The position numbers were made by a program, and so were the translations under genes. Of a stretch of 64,000 nt of DNA, positions 50,880 through 64,000 are shown in pieces. This DNA is from Octopus sinensis. Its lineage: Eukaryota. The notes under the pieces are model-generated. The model had not been told where the DNA came from. It did not search any database and saw nothing but the letters and a program-made list of their open reading frames with translations. The stretch is taken from NCBI RefSeq assembly GCF_006345805.1, contig NC_042997.1, forward strand, positions 3,348,001-3,412,000, in the 5' to 3' direction. The first letter of the stretch is position 1, and every line of letters starts with the position of its first letter.

Positions 50880-51060
50880 CGGTTACTCTATCCAGATTAC
50901 AACTTCAGGTATACACCTGTAATTTTGGGGGCACTGAGATATGTAACACAGTGTCAAGTACCAATCTTGAGAAATTTGGCTTCTGAAAACTAGAGAGGAG
51001 AATGCTAACACGAAGACTACAGATCCCATCCATCAATGGAACTAAAAATATGTTTAAACT
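50880..51060 (+). mobile_element. RLE non-LTR retrotransposon extreme 3' remnant
   Basis: YNFRYTPVILGAL..., ..LTRRLQIPSINGT; resembles the C-terminus of the element at 58940-59730. Confidence 0.5.
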
Positions 51061-52570
51061 TTCCAGAAGTTGTCATTTAAATATATATGAGCAACTATAT
51101 AATGAAAAAATATATATATAAAAGATCCAAATCTGCACATACATACATAAATAGATACATACATACGTACAAAAATACCGTCCTTGAAATTTCAATGAGG
51201 AATCTTTGCATCTAGGTGAGAAACTGGTTCTTTCTCTAGAGGAAAGAAATCTTGAAATAAAGTGAATAATGTCATACATGCATATATACATACGAATGTC
51301 AAAATTCTACTGATCAAGGAGTCGGAACACCGTTACCCTCACCGAGATACGAATAAGGTTTTCTGATAACTACATTATAAAGTAGATACTCCTTACCTAA
51401 TGACAATCACTGAAAGAAGGAATATGAGCTGTTTGCTTTCGTTGCTATACAAAGGGTCTGATTACAAAGGGGCTCAGCAGTGTTATATTTTTCTTGAATT
51501 TATATTAACACCACCTTTCTTGCACAACATTACGCAATCAAAACACGATTTACGTCGAAAGAGAAAGAACACGTACTAGGTACGCAACAGATGTCTTGAT
51601 TATACACCTTGCTAGAAGCATTGTTCCGGTGCTATATGTGGAATATATGCTCTGCAATATATTGAGTGGAATATGTCTGAATTGCCAAAACATGTCCAAT
51701 AAGGTTAGATATGTCACAAGCTTTACATGCTAGGAATAGTCACGTGCAATTATCGAATATTATCTAAGATATCGGAATACTTCGAACTCAAAAGAAAGAC
51801 GATATAGTAAAAATATATGGGCGTAAATGGGAGATAAATTTGTTTTACAGCCAAGGATACAATATATGCGATTATATATTGGATGAATGTATTGATTGCT
51901 GGTTTAAGTAGTAGAAGCAATGTATATGGCATTCGAAGGTAATCTCTAGCTAGTAATACTGGCGCTACTATCATCCAGTTCGACATTGAGGTTTATTTAT
52001 GAAAGGGATTCTAGGATGTCGAATTGTTGGGGTGGGGTATGTAATAACGTTTTAATTAGTGAGGTTCCTATCTGTTGGAGGAAATATTAATGTTGACTGT
52101 GTGAGGGAAATTAATACCGACAGCTCCAGAGTGGCGATATTAAGGAACCATTAAGTTTTCAGATGACACTGGTCATTACTAACGTTTGAACATAACAGAG
52201 ATATGTCAGTTGATCTGATGGGTATAGTCTGCAGTGAATTTAATTGCTGCCTCTTCGATTTTTCTTTTATGTCGATAAACCTTTAACCATCTCCGCGGAG
52301 TTAGTTATTCTGTCGTGTTTCAGTGTAATGAAGGTTAGATTCTTCGCAAGGCATTAAGTCGTTTTATTTATATTCAACTTTTTGAGAAGAGATTTAGGTA
52401 ATAGGTAAATGGAGTCTATAATGAAAGTGACTTTACGTTAAGACGTGCACATAAACTGTGACGTCACGAGTTTGAGATATATGACGTAACAAACATGCAT
52501 AGTAATGGCTGCGGCCTGTGTCGTCTCATAATTTACATGGCATCAAAAGAATGGTTGAATAATCACCCAA

Positions 52571-55500
52571 ATGGATGAGATAAGAAACCCGAACGAGCTT
52601 AATGCAATGTAGCTGAGAAATGCAAATAGTGGCGACAAAGGGTTGAACTTTACCTTACAGCTAGCGTAATCGCAGCCGAATCACATAGTGTAAAGTGTGC
52701 TACTCTACTACACCTGTCCGGAGATGCCGCAGTTCAAGTGTATAATTCTTCTGAGTAGAGTGCGGAAGCGAGTAGCAAGAATTACGACAAAGTGAAGAAA
52801 AGGTTTCAGAAATTCTGTGAACCTAAGAAAAAAATTGACGATTGAGAGATATTCAATTTTTACACGATCTGAGAAACTAGGTGAGCTAATTGATCAGTAT
52901 ATGACAGATTTAATGAATATATCTAGAACTTGTGAGTTTGGGACATTGAATGATGGGCGCATTAAAGACAGAATTGTTTGTGGAATGCTTGGTGATAGGG
53001 TCAGAAAGCCTTTATTGAGAGAACATCATATTGATTTGGAAAACAAATGTGAACAGATGTTTATAGCTAGAGAAATCAAAGCACAGCAATTGAAAGTTCT
53101 TAATGATGAACAGTTAAACATATCTAAAGAAATCAATGCATGAATACCTGCAGGGGCCCACGAAGAACGTATGAACCTAAAGGTAGAACAAAAGAATATC
53201 CTCAGTGTAGACAGTGTGATTCCAAACAAGCTAAAGTCAAATGTCCATCTGCAGGAAAAGTTTGTGACAATTGCAGAGGTAAACCACTATTTGCCAGCAT
53301 CTGTAAAACTAGAATACCATATAGGCCAGACAAACAAGACATTAGAGAGAGAAAACACAAAAATGTTCATACAATTGATAATTTTGAAATAAAAAAAACT
53401 GATAAATTTGATGAATTATTCATTGGAATAAGATGATGAAGATGACTATGAGACTTTATTAATCAACGAAAAACCATTGAAAGTCAAAGTGGATACAGAT
53501 GCACAGTTAAATGTCATTTCCAAATCAAAGTTCTACAGTTTAAATTTGGAGAATAATGAACAGTTAAGATCAAAAGTGAAACTTGTGTCATACTCTTAAG
53601 AAAGCGATTCCCGCTTGGATAGACGGAACTATCAGTACCAAGCGAAATCTGTGATATCTGGAATGAAGTAGTATTCCAGGTTGTAGAGGAAAACCTATGA
53701 AGTTTACTGGGAAGAAAATCCTATGAGAAATTGAGCTCGGTACAGCAAGATCACAACATGCAGAAAGTGAACACAGACACACTGGGATAATATCTAAAGC
53801 TGTTCTTGGGACTTGCATGCCGGGAGAACAACATACAGAATTAGTGGACACTTGCCGAGAAAAGTGCTTGCTGCTTTAACGGACAAGGTACAAGCAGATA
53901 TAATGTCCAAGCTTAAAGTTGTCGTCAAAGAGACTCAAAACACAAACCGGGTTAATAGCATGGTGACAGTTGTTAAAGCAAACAAGTTTACAATATGTAT
54001 AGGACTAAAATTTCTCAATCTTGCGGTAAAAAGAGAACATTTTCCCATGAGAACTGTTGAGGAAATTATGTCACGAATGGCAGGCGTCATGTTGCTCGCA
54101 GTTCTTGACGCAGAGTCTTGATTTAAAAGTTGCAACTTGATGAAAGCAGTTCCAAGCTGTGTACATTCAACAAGTTGCTTGGTAGATACCGATTAACTTG
54201 ACTGCTTTTCGGAGTGAAGCTGGCGCCGGAGGTATTTCAGAGAACAATTTCACAGATTGTAGAAGGTTTATCAGCCACATAGTGTATTGTTGATGATATA
54301 TGGTGTGGGGTACAGATATCAAGAAACATGATAAAAAACCACATGCCGTTCTAAGCAGAATACAGTCGAGTGTCTTGAAATTAAACGCAAAGGAATGAAA
54401 GCTGAGAATAACGGAGATCTCATAATTAGGGAATCTTTTCATTGACAAGGAACTGAAGCCAGATCCTGAAATGTGAAATCTATCCGAGAAATGCCGGAAC
54501 CTGAAAACAAAAGAGATCTGTTGTGATGCTTCACTATGATAAAAAATCTTGAAAGTTCATGCCAAATCTCTCGAGTGAAACTGCAGCGCTACAAGAACCA
54601 TTGCCGAAGGACATTATATGGCACTGGGAAGAAAGGCAGCAAACATGTTTCAAGAATTTGAAACAAAGTGTGACAGAGACCCCAGTACTGCAGTATGTTG
54701 ATGTTACAAAGCCAGTAACGATATCAGTGGATGCAAGCTCCGAAGAACGAGGAACAGTTTTGATGCCAGCTGACAAGCCTGGAAGCGTTCGCTTCGAGGT
54801 CGCAGAAAAGTGCGCAAAAGAAATATACGCAGATTGAGCAAGAGATGCTATGTATCCTACATTCATGTGCCAATTTTCATCAGCACATCTACGGGATAAC
54901 AGTTCAAGTAGTAACCATGCACAAGCCCCTTGAAATTATATTTCAGAAACGTTTATGTAGAACTCCTCAGGTGTTGCAGAGAATATTACTGCGTCTACAG
55001 AAGTAGTTACCAACAGACCTGGCAAAGAACTGATTCTTGCAAATACTTTGAGCTGGGAGTATCATAAGGCCAGTAATGATTGGTTTGATGAATTCTAGTG
55101 TGAAGTGGACCTAATATCACAACTGCTGATGACTTCAAGTAATTTGAGCGAATTCCGAATTGCCACAGCAAATAACCCACAACTGCAAAAACTGAAATTA
55201 CTGATTCTGTGCGGATGGCCAGAAAACAGAAATGATGTTCCGGCAAGTTCGGAATACTACTGGAATATTCGAGATGAATTGACTGTTGTTGATGACATCA
55301 TCTTTAAAGCTGACAAAGTTTTAGTTCCTGCAACACTACAAACAGAAATGTTGGACAGAATTCATGATGCACAATTCGAAGTGACAAAGTGCAGGCTCAC
55401 AGCCAAAAATGTCTTCTTCTGGCTATGAGTAATCCGAAGCAACCGTTGAAGTGTCATGAAATTCCTGATCGATCGTGGGCTAAAGTTGAGCCGACTTGTT

Positions 55501-56200
55501 TGTGTACAACATTCACAACCTGGAATGTGTGGACTATTTGTCGAAGTACCATGAAATTGTAAAATATTTTGCCCTATCAAGTAAAACGACAATCACAGCC
55601 GTGAAATCTGTGTTTGCCAGACATGGCATCCTAGATGAGTTCAGGACAGATAACGGAATGCGATTTACGAGTGCAGAGGTCCATAACTTTATTCTAGAAT
55701 GGGACTTCAAACACACAACTGCAAGTGCGTCATACCCACAATTAAACACGACAAGCTGAGCGTACAGTACAGACAGCAAAACATCTGCTCTAGGGAACAG
55801 AAGCTAGTGACCGAGATGTCTACTTAGCTGTACGTGACGACAGAAATACACCGGATGACATGGTCAGTCTATGATCAGATCACATGTTAATGAGCTGGCG
55901 CATAAGTGTTGCTTACCTGTGTCCGATGACCTGCTGACACCTTAGGTAGAGAACCAGAAACAGCTATATGATCAGCTGAAAGCACGTCAAGAACATCAAA
56001 TGCACTACTGCGACATCGGTAGTATAGTGTTACCTCCTTTGACTCCTGGATAGCAAGTCAAAACCCGAGTAAAACAATCATGGAAGAAGCTTGGAGTTGT
56101 CAAATTAGTGGATGATGCATCAAGATCCTACAATATAACGACGTCAGATGGGAAACAATACCAACGTAATCGCCGTCATCTGCGGGCAGCTGCTGAGAAT
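52571..56200 (+). pseudogene. Gypsy gag-pol remnant (gag, Zn knuckle, protease, RT, RNase H, integrase)
   Basis: IKDRIVCG; C..C...CPSAGKVCDNC; KVDTDAQLNVI; CIVDDI; VSVDAS-like VTISVDAS; FARHGILDEFRTDNG. Many stops and frameshifts. Confidence 0.88.
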
Positions 56201-56588
56201 CAAGCAGCTCAGTCAAATGGAGCATGTGAATAGATTATGAACTATGATACAGATGAGTCTGAGACAACACACTCTACCTGTAAAAAACTGCGAGATCCGG
56301 ATGAAAAAATAACATGCCAGAACGATATTGAGATTGATACTAAGAACTGTTGAATTTGAGAAGTGCTCCATGAAAAGAGAGATTCATGAACTGTGTGAAA
56401 TGTTGAACTTCAAGTTAATTACGTAGTACTCTGTTAATTGTTAGAAAGTATATTTCATTATTCTTTCCACGTTTGAAGAAGTTAGGGATTATTTTCTTAA
56501 GGAAAAAATAAATCATTTATGGACAGTTAAATTCAAAGAAGATATATTAACGAACTTTAAAAAAAGGTGCTTTCTCACAATGCTAATA

Positions 56589-57865
56589 CGAAGGGTATAT
56601 GAAAAGGTTTTAGCCTAACCTAGAAATGGAGCTGCTAGGTAGCTGAAACAATATTTTCTCGTAGGTACAGTCTTTTAGGAGTATTCTTAATCATTTTCAT
56701 GATTCTGATATTCTAATTTTTGTTTTTTGCAGATTTTTGAACAAACAAGTGCCGAGGTTAGAAGGAAAATGGAGAAAACTGATATCCTGAGGTCATAAAG
56801 TACCTTCATTGGAAAGGCATGACTCCATCAGTAATCCATGAATATATGTTGAGAACCTTAACAGGCAATGCTTCTTTATATGCAACAGTCAAACGCTGTG
56901 TAGATGAATACCAGCGTGGTAGGGAGAGTGTGGAGTATGATCCCAGACCAGGGATACCTCCAACTGTAAACATTGAGGACAATAATGACCTTGTTATTGG
57001 TATGATAATGCAATACCGTCGAATATCAGGTCGTCAGACATCCGAGAATCTCAGCTGAAAGAGCAGACAACATTGTGATAAAAGAACTTAGGTTCTCAAA
57101 AGTTTCTGCAAAGTGGGTCTCTCGCTCTTTGACTACTGAACAGAAACGCATCAGGTGCACTTTGTTCACGAGCAATCTGGAACTGTTTGAAGCTGATGAA
57201 GAGAATCTTCTTGCTCGTTTCATTTCTAGGGACGAAAGTTGGGTTTATCAATACCAGCCTGAAACCAAAGAACAATCAAAACAGTGGAAGCACACATCTC
57301 CTACCCCAAAGAAGGTCATTCTTTTAGCTGGCAAGGTCATGGCGTCAGTCTTTTGGGATTCTCAAGGTGTCTTACTGATCGATTACCTTGAAAAGGTTCA
57401 CACCGTGACAGGGCTGTATTATTTTCAGCCACTGAAACGCCTCCGAGGAACAATCAAAGAAAAAAGGCTAGCAATGCTCACCAGAGGAGACCTTTTTCAT
57501 CACGACAATGTTCCAGCCCACACATCAGCGGTTGCTATGACTACAATTTGTGATTGTGGATACGAACTTGTTCCCCATTCGCCATATTCGCCAGACGTAG
57601 CCCCCTCTAACTTTCATCTATTCCCCAAAATGAAAAAAAGCCCTGGATTGTCGCCATTTTGCCAGTGACAATAACGTCAAAGACGCCGTAAGAAGTTTCT
57701 TGGTGTCTCAAATATAAGAATTCCTTTAAGCCGAGCAAATGACGCTTCAGCACCACTGGAGAAAATGTTCAACCAGTGAGGGGGATAATATTGAAAAATA
57801 AATCATCAGACATCTTGCACTATGATTTGGTTTTTTGAGGCTCAAGATTTACATACACCCCCTTG
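56589..57865 (+). mobile_element. Mariner transposon (1277 bp) nested in the Gypsy element
   Basis: TA at 56587-88 and 57866-67; degenerate TIRs; ORFs 56819-57058 and 57075-57668 with RDESW, HHDN and YSPDVAPSN (third D replaced by N). Confidence 0.9.
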
Positions 57866-58939
57866 TATATATATAATTGAGTTTATTTGAAGTTGATAAG
57901 CTAAGTTCCAAATATTGGCATAACTTAAGCATTGTGTGTATATTGATTACAATAATAACTCCTGCAATGTTTGTAAAGAAGGGAGATGTAATGAAAGATG
58001 TGCGCTCAAAATGTGATACACGAGTTCCTAGTGTTTGACATAACAAATATACATAGTAACGGCTGCGCCCTGTGTTATGTCATAAGCTACGGAGTCGTAT
58101 GTAGTCAAGTCGATCTTCAGTAAGCTTAGATGAAAATAAATTATATTTTGAAAAGTCTAAAACCTCCAGTAACTGTGAAAGAACAAGAATGAAATTTCCG
58201 CTTTTAGACACTTTACAAAGTATATATTAGCAAGTATTAAAGGTAAGATATCTGATAGGTAATAATCCATTAAATTGTTTGAGATTCTATCGAGCACCAA
58301 TTAGTGATTATATTCACCGAATGCTTACACGTTCATAGCCATGTATCATTTGATCTTATCTAATTTTTTATACACTGCTCGAATCCTCTAACGCCTCAAC
58401 AATGATAACTTTCCTTTATCCTATCTGCTTCTATCACTCAGATAATCATGTTTGTCTTCAGTGATTTATCTCCCTTTGATTGTTTTCCCTCTGTCGAACC
58501 ATATGTTGTCATTTTAATCTAATTTCATATTGAGTTTTTACCCGACCGTATTGACAACACTACCTCGACAAATGGCGAAATAAATCTAATGTGACGGCTG
58601 GGAAAACCTGTATAATTGATTTTCACAGAGCTTTGTGTTAATTTCATACAGACACACGTGCGCACACTCACACACACGCACACACAATACACACACACGA
58701 TGAGCATACACGCACAGAATCTATCCATCGACCTATCAGTTTATCGATCTATCTATGAATCAGTCAATCTCTCTGACATATATGTGTTTGTGTGTATGTG
58801 ATTGTGTCTGCGTATGTATGTGTGAGTATGTTTATATATGGTTCGCTTTGTTTCTACGTCTTTTAAATTCTTCCTTTGAGAACGAAGCTGGTTTGTAGCA
58901 AAGGTACACGTTTCCATCGTTAGAATATTCATAACGTAA

Positions 58940-59730
58940 ACCATGTCCCTTTCTAAACTTGAGAAGCGTCTTATATATTTTTTTATTGTTCCACTTATAG
59001 ATTGTATTTGAAAAGTGCGAGTTAGTTGATTGATTACTTTCTCTGAAAATCCAATCTTATCCATCTTTGTCCGTTAAGTAGTGAATCACTAAACCAAGTG
59101 CTTCAATTTTTATTGCTATAAATGTAAATTAGTGATCTGGATGGAGAAGCAGAATGTTTCAAATCGTTGTCCATAATTATCCTCTTTCTCCAATATTTTC
59201 AAACAAACATTCACATCAGGATGACAACATACATTTATGACGGTATATACTCTTTCTTCACTGTCCCAAACAATATTATCTAGTCTATTACAGTTACGCT
59301 TGACATCTTTTGATGGGAATATTATGCCAGTATTCTTTCTTTTAATGTTTATGTACGTATTCAATAAAAGTGAGATTCTCTTATTTATTCCAAGACAATC
59401 GCTTTTCCTTGTAGTACAGTGTATTGCTTTTGCAACAGGGTCGTGTCGCATAGGAAGGTACTACATTGATGACACATGTGGGTAGCTGCTAATTATATGC
59501 CTGATGTCTTCCGCAGGAATATGGCATAATCTACATTTTCGGTTGCATCTTGTAACTCACTGCTTGCTTTGCATATTAGGTATTTCTTAACAATCACCTG
59601 TTCTTGGATTGCAAAATCTTCGAAGTGTGTGTTGTAACATTTACGAGTACAAGACATTTGTAACTTCAGGTTAATATTCTGATCTCCTTCGGGATAGATA
59701 CGGAAGTCTTCGAGAAACATATTCATGTAT
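58940..59730 (-). mobile_element. RLE non-LTR retrotransposon 3' fragment (second subfamily)
   Basis: MRHDPVAK, NRLDNIVWDSEE, DVNVCLKILEKEDNYG, FQIQSISGTIK. Confidence 0.7.
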
Positions 59731-59899
59731 GGTCATTTGTTTTTTAGTATGCTGAGAATTTCACACATATATCTTATTGCAGTTGTTTTAGAGCTGTATG
59801 TGAAGTTATGAGGAAAAGAGTGTTTCCTGAGGAGCTCGCTGCTGACACGTACGATATTCTTTCCAGCACTTTTCATAACCGTATGTATGTGTATATGTA

Positions 59900-60820
<921 letters not shown>

Positions 60821-61832
60821 CAGATTTTGTGCATGTTTATGATTTTAAGTGAGATCGGGTTTACGGGTATGAGTACGTGCTTATGTGTTTCTGTTTCACT
60901 ACTCTCTGGGAAATGCCGGGTGCTGGGAAATGCCAAGTGCGATTGCTATAGTTTTATTAATTTGTTTGTCTTTTTCTTAGCAAATAATGTTCCTAGTGTG
61001 AGAATTGAACATTTTATTTATCCATCCATCCTTCCGTCAGTCAGGTCGTTATGCCTTTCTGTGCGTCTTTTATTTTGTAAATGTGTCTGCCTTATTTGTC
61101 ACGTTGACTTTTCATGTGCAATATTTTCAAAAGCTAGTGTCTTCTGCCATTAACTCCAGATCAATTAGATATGTGTACAGCTACTGAAAATCTATTTTGA
61201 TAATTTGGCGGTTACTCGAAATTATCGTAATTGTGTCTAAAATCCTTTGAGAATTAAAATACTGTTGTAAATGTTACTAAAATATATTGCAACTGCACTG
61301 GCCAATCTGCACCGAATGTTTATTTCTAATATTTTTTGTTAAAGTGTATTTAAAATAGACAATAATTCAGTGTAATCTTCAACACATCTTTGTGTCTGTA
61401 AGCATTTTAAACATCTACATTCGAATATCGTTGTTGCCATTAAGACAAAACAGTAATTTGTTTTCTTCATTGACATCGTTTGCTGATGTTTCTACAGTGG
61501 ACAAGCAGTCTACAAAACAGCTCAAAATGGTATATGGATGAAATCTAAAACTGCTATTAATTCTCCAAAACTAATAATTTTCAGTTTTTTCATGACGGCA
61601 CATCTTTCAATCTGTAGCCATAACTAACGTAAGGATTATGTAAAAATTCTGCAATAACTTTGTTGTACGTGAATTACTTCTTAATCACTCATTTAAAACT
61701 TAGTCCCTAACATTCTTCCAAGGTTATCCAACTTATTCCATACGAACATCTGTATATATATATATATACTGAGATAACGATTGTGTCAACAGCCCCTTCC
61801 CACCCGCGTGTAGCCAAAACAAGATGCTGTGG

Positions 61833-61884
<52 letters not shown>

Positions 61885-62029
61885 TTGCGTATACTGTTTA
61901 ATCACTATTGTGGAATATGAATCAACCAATCACGTACGCCAGACCCAAGTTCGAATGAGCGATAACTGTTTAGATATAGTATATCATCTATTCTAACCGG
62001 TAGTGTGTCAGTATGTTTCCGTACTCAAA

Positions 62030-62870
62030 AAGACGGAGGAGAAGAACGTTATGGAACAGCATTGTTTACTGTGTGACTTTCGAAAGAAAAGTACCACTAC
62101 AGAAGCAATTGAGATTATTTGTGAAGTCTTTCCGGATGCAGTGAAAATTCGTACATGGCAGCTGTGTTTTAAAAGGTTTCGAGATGGTGACACTGTTATC
62201 CAACTCCCCTCGCTCTCTAAAACCAATCACTCTGAATGATGACATTTTGAGTGAGACTCTTGTATCAGATCCACGTCAAGTCACCAGATATATGACGCAA
62301 AATCAACAAACATCACAAGCAATTTGGGAAATGTGCTAAGAGGGAATTCGCGTTCCTCACGGGCTTGAGCTTGAGAATTGAACACAACATTGGCCGATGC
62401 AACGCAAACAAAACTATATCTACAAAAATCCTTGCTCTGTGTACAGTGGAACATGAAATGTATCATTCATTAAGAGCTACAAGAATGTGAATTGGCCACC
62501 AATGCAGATATATATTGCCAATAACTTGGCCGTGTAAATAAATAAAAAAATACGCAGAAAGAGGTGTAAAATGAAAAAGACGTTCTTCTCCCGCATGACA
62601 ATTCTCGGTCACATTCGGGTAAACAAACCTAAGAAAAAATAAGTCCTATATAATGAAAAGTTCTTCCATACCCTCACTTCACTTCGGTTTGCATCAATCA
62701 CATTTTGTAATAGGCAAAACATTCAGAAAGTAGGAAGCTGAAAATAGTCCTTCAGACAGTTTTTCGGAAGAAGAAATAGGTTTCTTTGAACGTGGCATAT
62801 AAAAGTTACGTTCCCGTTGGGCTGTAGTCGTTGTAAACGATGGTGATTAGTGAATACATTCTTGATTAAA
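62030..62870 (+). mobile_element. Decayed mariner transposase remnant
   Basis: HCLLCDFRK..EAIEIICEVF..RTWQLCFKRFRDGD; further downstream WNMKCIIH, ADIYCQ and HDNSRSH. Confidence 0.75.
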
Positions 62871-63134
62871 ACTATTAAGATAAATGTATTTTTATTTATT
62901 TCATCTAGTTTCAGCTAACGAGCTGTGGCTATGTTGAGGCACCGCCATTTAGTTTACATTTATATTCACATACTTTCTGGTAAAATTCAATTACTTTTCC
63001 AATACTTCCATCAGGATAAACTTCAACTGCGTGGCAAATTTGGCAAATGTTTTCTACAATATCGTGAGACTCAACAAAGATATGCGAGTGGATTTGGTAG
63101 ACGGAACCTGAAAGAAGACTGTTGTGTATATATA

Positions 63135-63377
63135 TATAATATTAGGGAGTAAATCCAAACTTACAGAACAAATTAGATTTCGGATTAAATCTAATGTTAT
63201 AGTTTAAATATATATATTGAATTAGAGATAAAACCACTATTAGGCAAATCAGACAGTGAAAATCATAAAGCAATACATAGAAAAAATTAATTAATAAAAA
63301 ATATAAAATATAAAATTCAAAATTTAAATTATTGAGATTAATAATTTATACTTATAAATTTATATTTATATATATAT

Positions 63378-63410
<33 letters not shown>

Positions 63411-63416
63411 GTATAA

Positions 63417-63495
<79 letters not shown>

Positions 63496-63588
63496 TATTA
63501 TTATTATCATTATTAATATAATTATTATTATCATTATTATTTTATTATTATTATTATTATTATTATATTATTATTATTATTATTATTA

Positions 63589-63623
<35 letters not shown>

Positions 63624-64000
63624 ATTATTATTATTATTCTATATATATTTTTTCATTTATTTAACATTTTAAAAAAATATAAATAACTATCAAAATGTAT
63701 TACAAGTTTAATATAAGATAAAGAGTAAAGCCACTACGATCGTTTCATGTCCATAAACCAATTCGAATAACAATAATTTAAATTCAATTAATAATTCGAA
63801 TTATGGTAATAGTCAATATTCAGGTTAATTATAATATTTAAATAAATAATCAGAAATATCTAAACGATATTTTTTAATAAATAAATAAAATAATGCATTT
63901 TCTTTTAAAAAACTATATTATAAAACTAGTAACTTAACGATTATGATTATGTCATACAATCGATTATAATGTTAAATATTAATTTTTAAGTATTAATTTT
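63135..64000 (-). mobile_element. PLE pLTR-like repeat interrupted by (TA)/(ATT)n
   Basis: 63135-63290 is related to 12344-12480; hammerhead-like fold at 63731-63826. Confidence 0.5.
63731..63826 (-). ncRNA. Degenerate hammerhead-like fold, long stem II
   Basis: CUGAAUA core (G8U); long stem acca(ta)attcgaat/attcgaattggt; GAA-ACGAUCGU palindrome; A17. Confidence 0.4.

Larger units (their letters stand above)
52417..58091 (+). mobile_element. Full-length decayed Ty3/Gypsy LTR retrotransposon
   Basis: 5' LTR 52417-52537; PBS-like TGGCATCAAAAG at 52538-52549; PPT aaagaagggaga at 57975-57986; 3' LTR 57987-58091; GAGTC TSD at 52412-16 and 58092-96. Confidence 0.85.

Noticed and set aside
51397-51457. 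Possible minus-strand exon (PLYSNESKQLIFLLSVIVI, donor GTAAGG)
   Set aside because: Only 61 bp with chance-level evidence and no homology recognised.

Overview
Repeat-dominated, AT-rich eukaryotic genomic DNA. The SINE families, very dense (TA)n/(ATT)n/(TATC)n microsatellites and TE repertoire look like a coleoid cephalopod, most likely Octopus (my recognition, not database-checked). I find no intact host gene, rRNA, true tRNA or CRISPR array. Almost all listed ORFs are microsatellite artefacts or TE fragments. The supportable content is: Penelope-like elements (PLEs) of several families, including an ~8.2 kb inverted Neptune-type structure and a Poseidon-type copy with an inverted terminal repeat; many R4/Dong-type RLE LINE fragments sitting in trinucleotide repeats; RTE- and CR1-type LINE ends; a complete but decayed Ty3/Gypsy element (short LTRs, PBS, PPT, 5-bp TSD) with a mariner nested inside; an IR/DR Tc1; mariner and MITE remnants; and tRNA-derived SINEs. 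The most interesting signals centre on the PLE terminal repeats (pLTRs). (1) Hammerhead-ribozyme folds occur in up to five different pLTR families; two carry a compensatory U3-A8 core. (2) One pLTR family has a tRNA-like Pol III promoter upstream of its hammerhead. (3) Another has a fixed-spacing CRE-N12-CCAAT array. (4) A 127-bp piece of host RSPH9 coding sequence is trapped between two inverted pLTR-like ends, suggesting PLE-mediated capture of host mRNA. All alignments and folds were done by eye; coordinates of decayed elements are approximate.
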